Below, piece by piece: positions 41,605 through 50,600 of a DNA stretch of 64,000 nucleotides; positions within the stretch are counted from its first letter, which is position 1; the number at the start of each line of letters is the position of its first letter. The stretch covers positions 32,001 through 96,000 of the IMG/VR virus record IMGVR_UViG_3300001517_000002; one strand, 5' to 3'. The notes beneath the pieces were generated by a model. The model was not told the DNA's origin. It ran no database searches and worked only from the letters and a program-made list of their open reading frames with translations. Source of the stretch: a virus (Duplodnaviria; Caudoviricetes). The translations under genes were made by a program, and so were the position numbers.

Positions 41605-42547
41605 TGTCAGCCTCCTTAATTAGAAATATATCTTCAATGCCAGTTATTTGAGCGATTTTTTCTTTATTAGCATAAATACTATATAGTGCTGGATTGACAC
41701 ACAAATATTCTTTGATAACATCATTCTTAGCTGCTCTGACTGCAATCAATACTCCTCGGCTATCACCATTCTTATCAGGGTACTGAATCTTTAACAGTTG
41801 GTTTACAAATCTCTTTGAATGAGAAACATTAAGCCCAAGTTTGACACACAATGTATCAACTGACATTTTTGCAATCTTCGTTTTATCAGTTTCCCACGGG
41901 TTTTCGCATAGAACATTATAGGTTAAATTAACATAGGGAAGTATCATGTACATATAAGCTAACGTCTTATGGGAATCAACCGTAGCGTGTTCATATAAGA
42001 AACGAGTTGAGTATATAAACAACTTGGCTGCTCTCTGGTCTTTGGCTTTTTGTAATTTGCCCTTCCCGAATATGTTGGCATTAATCTGAAACCCTTCTTC
42101 ATCTTCAATAAGATAATTGTATTTCTTGGCTTCTCTGAGAAACCGCTTAAACGTACTGGTGTCAAGACCAAGTAAATCCTGTAACTGACACCGTGACAAT
42201 ATACGTCCATTATCATAGGCTATGTAATTGTCCTTATTAACATAAGTTGCCAAATAAACCAATCTACTTATTGTTGGATTGTTTAGATTATCAAACGATT
42301 GCTCGGATGGTACAAAGTAATGCCACACATAATTCCCTCCTTCACCTATGCTATTGTCATAGTCGCTCTCGTCCTGCTGCTTAATGGCATAATGTTTTCG
42401 CCCATAGTTCTTGCGATTATTGTATTCTTCTTCTGAGAAACAAGTAATAATGCTATTCTCAGAAGGTTCTTTAACTTCGCCTTTGTCATTAATAATTGCT
42501 TTGATACGTTCCATTGCATCATTCCTTTCAATTTTGATTTTCGCCAT
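41597..42547 (-). CDS. Replication-initiator-like winged-helix protein
   Basis: RLVYLATY...LQDLLGL..STFKRFL HTH, second HTH, VNPALY C-terminus; borders repeat-rich non-coding region. Confidence 0.55.
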   Translation of the reverse strand: MAKIKIERNDAMERIKAIINDKGEVKEPSENSIITCFSEEEYNNRKNYGRKHYAIKQQDESDYDNSIGEGGNYVWHYFVPSEQSFDNLNNPTISRLVYLATYVNKDNYIAYDNGRILSRCQLQDLLGLDTSTFKRFLREAKKYNYLIEDEEGFQINANIFGKGKLQKAKDQRAAKLFIYSTRFLYEHATVDSHKTLAYMYMILPYVNLTYNVLCENPWETDKTKIAKMSVDTLCVKLGLNVSHSKRFVNQLLKIQYPDKNGDSRGVLIAVRAAKNDVIKEYLCVNPALYSIYANKEKIAQITGIEDIFLIKEADND

Positions 42548-42750
42548 TTTTGACCCTTTTTGGGGGTGTTTTTCGCCATTCGTGACCCCACCCCCAAGTT
42601 CTGTTTTTCCCGAAAAATCGGGCTAAACTGGCGTTTTTTGAAAAATCCGTTCTTTTAGATTTAGTAAACCCCATACGCTTGCCAACAACACTTGCTTGCA
42701 TTTTGTACATTGCGGAGCTTAAAAAAATAAAACCTTACTGTTCTACAATT

Positions 42751-42779
42751 ATTATACCATACATTTTGTACTATGTCAA
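42751..42779 (-). promoter_or_regulatory. SigA promoter with GTACAAAATG operator in spacer
   Basis: TTGACA-tagtacaaaatgtatgg-TATAAT. Confidence 0.8.
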
Positions 42780-43411
42780 GAGAAAAAAAAGAAAAAAATA
42801 AAATCCCCCTCTGGGGGACGAACGAACGTAGTGAGTGAGATAGGGGGCAATATATTGGGGACAGGGACGGTAAACTTCGCTTCGCTCAGTTGACCTTTTC
42901 CCTTTCCCCAAACCCCTTTTCCTAATTAGAGACATTTATGGCTATTTATTGGGAGTTGTTAAGGAATAAGTATAATTAAGGTCATTTACTAAAATTGAAT
43001 TATAGAGCTATTTATAGGGGAGTGTTCGATGAATTAATTAGATAAAATAGGTAGGAAAAGAGGGGAGGAGAGAGATTTGAAAATTGAGTGTAGATTGAGT
43101 GGAACACCACCAGCATACTTGCGGCTGCAGCTATTTGTTAAAGATGTAAACATATCCCCCCTGCTATTGTTTAAAAGAATTGCAATGTTCAACAAATGCC
43201 TATATTTAGACCTTTTAACATTCAAGAAGGGTATTGCTGAATGTTAAACGTATTGACAAAAAGAAAAGAAAATGAATAAAAAATTAATTAGTTAAAAATA
43301 AAAGAGCTTGAAGCTCCTCTATTTGTTTGCTGATTTGATTAATCCGTAAATGTTGCAATTGCAACAATATGCACATCATCGAATCTGTAAAGTATTTTTG
43401 CTTTACAGCAA

Positions 43412-43484
43412 CTACACTATTCGATAACCCATTATCGATACTACAATATCGATAAAATTATATCGATAATACAATATCGATTAA
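43412..43484. repeat. Five tandem 14-bp units with TCGAT core
   Basis: TCGAT starts at 43421, 43435, 43449, 43463, 43477. Confidence 0.85.
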
Positions 43485-44345
43485 CTCCCTTATATTATAA
43501 TAAGTAAGAACCGATTAAAATAAAATGAGCAGTAACCCGTAAATCCCTATATACAGCCTTAAACAAAGTATAAAATGCAATAATCGCTAATAGGTCAAAA
43601 ATGCACGTTAAAGCCCCTCTAACACATAAAGGAATATAACTATACCACCATAGCAAACAACGCCGAAAAAGGGCATTTAAAAGCGTTTTAGAGCTATGCA
43701 CTATTACAACCATATTTTGCACAACAAAACAACTATTTTACACATACAAATTTGTGCAAAATGTAGAATTATAATAAACGAGAAGTAACCTATAAACGCC
43801 GATATATAGCCATAAAGCAGCTCAAAACGGGTATAATCAATATATTTTAATAATCTATCACAAACAACGATATATAGACAAATAACCGTAATATCTGTAT
43901 CATATCGGTATAAAACACTAAATTATATACAGTATGCAATATATTATACTCCAATGAGCAGTAAAATGCAAAACAACGATATATCGGCACAAAACCCGTG
44001 AAAACGTGTCCACAAATGCCTATTTACCGTTATAATCGACTTAATTAAGAATCCAAGTATAAAATGCCGATTTATAGGCGTTTAAAGGCTATTTCTGTAT
44101 ACCATTTTACTATAAACATTAAATTGTTAATGATAAACATTAAATCGTAAAATGCTACAAAATGTAATACAGAATTAAAATAATACAAAATGTTTTAAAA
44201 TTCGATTTTTTAAATAAGTTGACAAAAGCCGATAAATGGCTATAAATAGCCAAAAAATTAATTCGGCATTTTTTTGTGCATTTCTGCTGTTTTTGGCTGC
44301 ACTTTGTAAGATTTACACAAAAAACGAGAAGGAGCTTGTATTTGC

Positions 44346-44534
44346 CTATTTATTGGTATTTTCTCGGTCTAAATAGTCCCTAATCGACTTTACTACTAAT
44401 TCATTGAATGACATCTGATGCCAATACAAAAAATCGGCTATTTCTCGGTCAAAATCAGGTTTTAAAATTACAGAATGTCTTTTATAATTGGTTTTCTTGT
44501 ATTCTGAGTTATATTTATTTTTATCAAAACCCAT
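44346..44534 (-). CDS. Ribbon-helix-helix (Arc-like) DNA-binding protein
   Basis: KYN.EY.K.NYKR.SV.L...I......MSFNELV..SI..YL pattern; GGAG RBS. Confidence 0.65.
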   Translation of the reverse strand: MGFDKNKYNSEYKKTNYKRHSVILKPDFDREIADFLYWHQMSFNELVVKSIRDYLDRENTNK

Positions 44535-44622
44535 AAAAATCACTCCTTTTGGCTAAATATAGCGATTTATCGTTCATTGTACAAAATGACTAACATTGTA
44601 CAAAATGCACAAAATACCCCGT

Positions 44623-44651
44623 TTGCAACGTGGTACGCACCATGTTATACT
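44623..44651 (+). promoter_or_regulatory. Early rightward SigA promoter with palindromic spacer
   Basis: TTGCAA-17-TATACT, extended -10; spacer contains TGGT-ACGC-ACCA; two GTACAAAATG just upstream. Confidence 0.65.
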
Positions 44652-44908
44652 GGTATTGTCGAAAGGGACACGGAGAACAAAGTCAACAGGGAACAGAGTT
44701 GAAAACGGTTTGACAAAGTTCAAAGGTCGCTTGAAGAATCTTCTAAAAGTTTAGGGCTGAAAAGCTTGTTAAAAAACGAGGTTGATTCAAAATTAAAAAG
44801 TGCTTAAACCTCTATACGACAATTGGTTATGAGGGGCGGAGCGAATCCACGGATATTTAACCAGCTAAAAGCACAAAGCAACTTGAAAATTAAAAAGCCC
44901 ATCATGTT

Positions 44909-44937
44909 ATTATAGCAAGTTTTGATTAATTTGTCAA
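44909..44937 (-). promoter_or_regulatory. Leftward consensus SigA promoter
   Basis: TTGACA-aattaatcaaaacttgc-TATAAT on minus strand. Confidence 0.75.
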
Positions 44938-45023
44938 GGCTTGCTAATATCAACAATTCAAGTTCAAGAGCTTGAAAAGTTGCCAAAAAAATCAATGATA
45001 AAACAGTTAGGGAGGTCACAACT

Positions 45024-45230
45024 ATGACAGCTATAAATGTTTATAACCGTTATTATTGGCTATATCTTAAACAGTTTACAATGTGGCTAAATAATGAAGA
45101 TTATTCGCAAATTCAAGAGCGTATAAAACGCTATACAATAAGGATTTTACATCATAATAACAAGTTCAATCCTTTATTAATCAAGGCGGCTGCTCAGTCA
45201 AGCGCAAGAAATATTATAAATGGCATTTAA
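45024..45230 (+). CDS. Early hypothetical protein
   Basis: GGAGGT RBS. Confidence 0.55.
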   Translation: MTAINVYNRYYWLYLKQFTMWLNNEDYSQIQERIKRYTIRILHHNNKFNPLLIKAAAQSSARNIINGI

Positions 45231-45329
45231 AAATGCAAAATTGACCGTCTAAAGGCGGTCAAATTATGCCGAAAATAGCGTAAATTCGCTAAATTCAGCA
45301 CCATATCAATTTAATAGGAGGTCATAACT

Positions 45330-45647
45330 ATGACAAATGCACAGAAAATAATACTCTTTTTAGGACTCTTTGACAAAGAGACTAAAGCTCAAGAGATAAC
45401 CACATTAGACGCTTTTAAAATAGCGTCAAATCTGCTTACTGACATTATCGGTTTTGGTACAATTACCGAGGCTGTAGGCGTGTACACTCATGATGACGGT
45501 ACTATCGTCAATGAACCTACGCTCAGAATCGAAGTCTCCAATGTGGAGCTTGAGCCTATGAAAAGGCTTGCTATAGCCTTAAAATCGGCATTTAATCAAG
45601 AGTCAGTCGCTTTTGAAGTCGTTCATTCTGACTTCAATTTCATCTAA
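45330..45647 (+). CDS. Early hypothetical protein, small ferredoxin-like fold (DUF3574-like)
   Basis: G.TI.EA.G.Y...G..V.E.TL..E...LK..FNQESV pattern. Confidence 0.55.
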   Translation: MTNAQKIILFLGLFDKETKAQEITTLDAFKIASNLLTDIIGFGTITEAVGVYTHDDGTIVNEPTLRIEVSNVELEPMKRLAIALKSAFNQESVAFEVVHSDFNFI

Positions 45648-45731
45648 TCACAAAGTACAAAATGTAGGGCTGTTGCGTAACTTCTGCAACAGTGGGAGCG
45701 AGAACAGCCCGAAAAATGGGAGGAAATAGCT

Positions 45732-46010
45732 ATGAAAATTATCAGAACCATCAACAGGGACAAAGTATACCGTCATTGCAACGAACACGGATATTACACT
45801 TGCGGAAATAATAAGGAATATTCTGCAATGCTGGACAAATGCGCAGACTATGAACCCATAGAAGCTTCAGACGAGGATATTCTCGCTATTGCTAAAGATA
45901 TATGGGAACATTCCGATATGTCGGATTTTTTGGCAAGCGGCGGTGATTATGAGTGTTTTTTATGGGGAATTTTCAACGAGTGTACACGTTACGAGATTAT
46001 TTCAGATTAA
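45732..46010 (+). CDS. Early hypothetical protein
   Basis: GGAGG RBS; YTCG.N.EY..ML motif. Confidence 0.6.
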   Translation: MKIIRTINRDKVYRHCNEHGYYTCGNNKEYSAMLDKCADYEPIEASDEDILAIAKDIWEHSDMSDFLASGGDYECFLWGIFNECTRYEIISD

Positions 46011-46075
46011 TGCAGAGTAGTCGCCCTAAATAGGGCGATTAATGCAGCCAGTCAGACGGTTACAAGCCCGTGACT
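46009..46075 (+). ncRNA. Twister self-cleaving ribozyme, circularly permuted (type P5-like)
   Basis: AAUGCAGAGU, P1 hairpin AGUCGCCCU/AGGGCGAUU, UAAUGCAGC, P4 loop GGUUACAAGCCC; both pseudoknots (AC:GU, GC:GC) can form. Confidence 0.85.
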
Positions 46076-46113
46076 CACTGTAAATTTATGCCTAATTATA
46101 GGAGGAAACTGTT

Positions 46114-46371
46114 ATGTTAAATGGAAATATCGTAGAACTTAAACCCACTGACTCACGCAAGAGCTTTTATGGAAAAGCAAGAGTTGTTATGGCTGAAAAT
46201 GGGGATAAAACTCTGATTAGCTACACAACGCCCGTTCTCAAGCTGTCCGCTGATGGTAAACTGGAAAAACTATGGCACGGCTATTCTGCCACTACTATGC
46301 GGCATATCAACTCATTCTGTGACACTTTCGGAATCAACGGAGGCGGCAAAAGGTGGTGGGAGAATCTATAA
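46114..46371 (+). CDS. Early hypothetical protein
   Basis: KSFYGKA...L.SY.T.V...YSATT.RHI motif; RBS. Confidence 0.65.
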   Translation: MLNGNIVELKPTDSRKSFYGKARVVMAENGDKTLISYTTPVLKLSADGKLEKLWHGYSATTMRHINSFCDTFGINGGGKRWWENL

Positions 46372-46466
46372 GCATAACGCTGATGGAGGCTTGTGGAATT
46401 TTCTGCAAGCCGTAAAGCTACACTGTCATATCCAAAGTAGACAGATGCTTAAAGGAGGAAAATTAT

Positions 46467-47639
46467 ATGGCAAAGTACACTATTTTCTTGAATCGTCTGG
46501 AAGAACTCCAGAAGGTGTATGCCCGTTATGCCAAAAAAGCTGAAGCCATAGGTCTGGAAACTTCTCTGACTGTTGGTGAACCTTATATCAAGGCGGTGAC
46601 GGTGTATGAAGTTGATTATATCAATCATTGTCAGCGCAAAACTGGAATAATCAATGTTGATGTAGTTGACATTGACATACTTTTCCCCGATTATAGACTC
46701 GGAAATTATACCGTTGCAGCGGTAATTGACCACACTATTGATGCGGAAAATAATGCAATATACGCCTACGGTGATATTTCTATACCTATGGAATATCGCA
46801 AGGGACAGGGAATTTGTGAGCATTGCCGCACAAATCACAAGAGGAACAAAACCATATTACTTCTTGACAGTGACGGAAATTTCAAACAGGTTGGAACATC
46901 TTGTTTGCGTGAATATACTGGAATTTCTGACATTGATTTAGTCAAGGCTTTTGGAGCTTTTGACTCATTCCTTGCTGAATGTGATACGGAAAAAGGAACG
47001 TACACAGGAACGGGGAAAACATATGTCAAGACAGTTGATTATTTAGCTTTTTGTATTCATTCCATACGGAAAAACGGATATGACAAAGAGCTAAAATATA
47101 CAGCTTATGACGAGGTATTAGGAGAATCTAAATGCGCCTCAAGGTCTGATTATGAGGCAGCGGAAAAAGTCATTGAATACTTTGCCAATGCGGAATTTTC
47201 GGACAATTTCCTTTACAATATCAAGCTCCATGTTATGCAAAACTATTGCAAGGAAAATGGTTTTGTGGCATATGCTTATGTAGCGTATCAAAAGGAAATG
47301 GAAAAGCTTGCTGAACGCAAGGAAAATGCTGAAAACTCTGAATACTTTGGAAAAGTAGGTGACAGAATCAAGGATATTCCCGTCACTGGAAAAGTTGTAT
47401 CAAGCTATACAAATTGTTATGGAAGTATCTATAATTCAGTAACAACTTTCATTTACAAGTTTACAGATAATGCAAATCATGTATTTATCTGGAAAAGCTC
47501 ATGTGATATAGTTCTGGATGATAATGGAATTTTCAAGGGAACTATTACGGGAACTATTAAGGAACATTCTGAGTTTAAGGGAACTAAACAGACTGTTCTG
47601 ACACGTTGTAAGGTTAAAGAGGAGGAAAATTTATGCTGA
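46467..47639 (+). CDS. Early hypothetical protein with Zn-binding and probable C-terminal OB-fold domains
   Basis: CEHC...VGTSC; G.VGDR...GTIKEH..F.G.KQTVLTR. Confidence 0.65.
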   Translation: MAKYTIFLNRLEELQKVYARYAKKAEAIGLETSLTVGEPYIKAVTVYEVDYINHCQRKTGIINVDVVDIDILFPDYRLGNYTVAAVIDHTIDAENNAIYAYGDISIPMEYRKGQGICEHCRTNHKRNKTILLLDSDGNFKQVGTSCLREYTGISDIDLVKAFGAFDSFLAECDTEKGTYTGTGKTYVKTVDYLAFCIHSIRKNGYDKELKYTAYDEVLGESKCASRSDYEAAEKVIEYFANAEFSDNFLYNIKLHVMQNYCKENGFVAYAYVAYQKEMEKLAERKENAENSEYFGKVGDRIKDIPVTGKVVSSYTNCYGSIYNSVTTFIYKFTDNANHVFIWKSSCDIVLDDNGIFKGTITGTIKEHSEFKGTKQTVLTRCKVKEEENLC

Positions 47640-50600
47640 GATATACAAGGTCAATCGACTGGACAAGTTTGTGGGAGATGGACAAAAAGTCCATCATTTC
47701 CACTATGTACGGAAATATGAACGCTGATTTAAAGGCTGGCTATGACCCTTTCGGAAAAAGCATTAGAAGTCAGCGTGAACAGATAACAGCTTATGAACAG
47801 GATTATCTTGACACTTTGGAAAAGTTCAAGTATATGACTGAAGAACAGATTAATCATTGGTGCTTTTATGACTTGAAAAAGCGTGGAGCTATAGAATAAA
47901 AGGAGGAAAATTACATGAAACTCAAGGATTTAAAAAAGGGGGAATATTTTACCCTTAAACCGATAGAAGAACCAAAGGAAAATCAAGTGTACATTCGTGG
48001 AGAATATGACCGCACTGAAAAGAAGTATGAGTGCGGAAAATTCTCTGACATAAGCTATACACGTTATATTGACGGAGACAGGGAAGTATACACTGACTTT
48101 ACATTTTAAGGGAGGAAGAAATATGAAACATTTAAACATTCATTCAATGGATGGAAATATAGGCAAGTTTGCACTTGACCTTGAAATTATCAAGGAAAAT
48201 TCAAAATCAATCTATGCCGAGGGAATGTATGGAAATGTGTATCGAGTTGTTAAGAAAACAGGCTCAGTATATATTGACGGGGAAAAATACGCAGACAATA
48301 GCTCTTACAGCATTGTTGACTAAAGGAGGAAAATAATATGTTACACATAAGCTCTAAACCAATCACGGAAAAAGCTCAGATAGGTTATCTGAACTATAGC
48401 TCTATCTTTTCGGAACTTATTCACGCTGCAACGGTTTGTGAATACTTTGCAAGCGATATATTCATAGACTTAAAGCGGATAGAATGTGCTATCACAGGTG
48501 CGGAAAATAAAGTGTTCTATCTCGGTTATCGTAATAGCGGAGTTGATGGAAATACTTTTGTCAAGTCACGACTTTCGGGAAACAAATACTATGAATATAT
48601 CCGTCTGTACAGACTGGAAATATCTTCTGACGGAGAATATATCACGGTAGAACTCAAACGTGTATCAAATTATGATGCACATAAGGAACTTTGCGAGGAG
48701 GAAAAGTAAATGAAAAATATTATATTCTCAAACTATTATGACAGTGACAGGGAAAAAGCAACAAGAGAGTTCTTGTTGGAAGATAGAGGCGAGGACAACG
48801 GCTGGGAAAATATTGATGATATTCCCGACAGTGAAGTATGGGAAGAAATGTCATTCAATGAGCAGATAGACTGGGAAAATGTTACAAGCGAACTGGAAAA
48901 CTTCTTTGAGGGTAAGGAAATTCTTGTCATCGGAACTGTAGGCAGATGGAATGGCACATACTCTGCTGGAAAAGTTATATCATATAACGAACTTCATAAG
49001 TGCTGGTCTGACTGCGACTATGTGGAAATCTATGACGAGGACGGTCATATGCACATCAATGCAAGTCACCATGACGGAAACAACCATTTTGAAGTCAAGA
49101 TTCTTACGGAAAAAGGTAGAGACTACTATTCACGTTGGAATGAGAATTGGAGTGATTCACGGTCAGAACGGGAAATTCACACAAAACTTGCGGAAAGTTC
49201 ACGCTACACTCATATACCACATTTTGCAAGGAAAGTTTACGGCTGCAAAACACGATAAAGGAAAAGTATGATGGGCGCTTACAAGTCCCATCACCACATA
49301 CGATAAAGGAAATTTTCAAAGGAGGAAATTACTATGGCAAGACCTAAAATCACTATGAAAAAACAGATAAGGAATACGGAAATTTTCAACAGTATTCTTA
49401 AAAGCATAGGAGGAAAATGTACTGATACTGCGAGTGTTTATGTGAACGGAAAATTTTTCGCTCACTATTCTCGTGAAGTTGCAATGGAAGTATTTGATGA
49501 CATCAAGGGAAAAACTGTTGACGTTGTAAGTGATGTGACAGGGGAAATCTTAAAGCATAAGGAGGCATAATTATGAAAGTTATATTCAAAAAGTCTGATA
49601 CTGGAATACTTGCGTTCTATCCTGAGATGGCTGCCAACTATGGAAAAATATTCGCCTTTGAATATCTTGGTAAAGCACCAATGGGACAGGGATGTTTAGG
49701 AGGTCATATGGAAATATCCATTGACTACTATCTGTCATTAAAGAGCGCAAAGCCTAATGAATACGCAGAGGCACTGGAAAACTTACGTCATATATATGAC
49801 GAACCTTTGGAAGTTAGACAGCGCATAAACCATAATGACTTACGTTATAAGGCTTGGAAAAGGGAGGTAAACTAATATGAATAAAGCTATGGAAAAACTC
49901 AGACAGGAAATTGTGGAACTTTGCAATGAACTGGAAGTAAGCGACTATATAATTTATTGCAATGGAAAACGCTATATGTATGGAGGATATAGCAACCATA
50001 AGAATCAGCCCACAATACAGGATGCCGATGTGGAATCCTACTTGGAATATTGCAATCCTGATACGCTGTCAATGGCTTTCGAGGGAGAACTTCACAGCAT
50101 ATTCAATTACTCTTGGAATATTCCATACTGTGAAAGGGCAATCGAGAAGTTTGAAAAGCTCTTTGCAAAGTACGGATTTTATTATGAGCTTGGAAATTCT
50201 TGGAACTTATCGTTATATGAAAACTAAGGAGGAAATTATTATGTTAAATGAAATGATTAAGGAATACACAGAGCTTATGACTTCTCTCAATGAGAGTAAG
50301 GAAAAGGCTAATGCTATGAATAAGGAAATGTATAAGACAGACATCAAAGACAGGCTTGCCGATAAAGACGGTTGGAAAAAGCAGCTTGACAAATATGCTC
50401 ATATGGAAAACTTCATAAAGCACAAACAGGAATATCTGTACATTCTCCAATACAATATGTTCAATGCTTTTATAGTTGAGAATATGGAAACGATAAGGGA
50501 AATTGTAAACAAGTATGCTAACAAACCCATTGGAGAAAAGCGCAGCGAAAACTTATATAATGAACTTCATGCTCTTATTCCAAAAGAAGTTATGTATATT

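Larger units (their letters stand above)
43194..44568 (+). repeat. Dispersed degenerate 18-mer, consensus about AAAYRMCKATWTATMGVC
   Basis: Eight plus-strand copies and one inverted copy in this span, listed in findings. Confidence 0.65.

Noticed and set aside
43351-43366. Protelomerase (tel) site
   Set aside because: Palindrome is only 16 bp and no protelomerase is recognisable in the window
43194-44568. CRISPR array
   Set aside because: Repeats are short, degenerate and irregularly spaced; no cas genes
45231-45290. Second twister ribozyme
   Set aside because: Has AATGCA plus a hairpin, but lacks GAGU and the GGUUACAAGCCC loop
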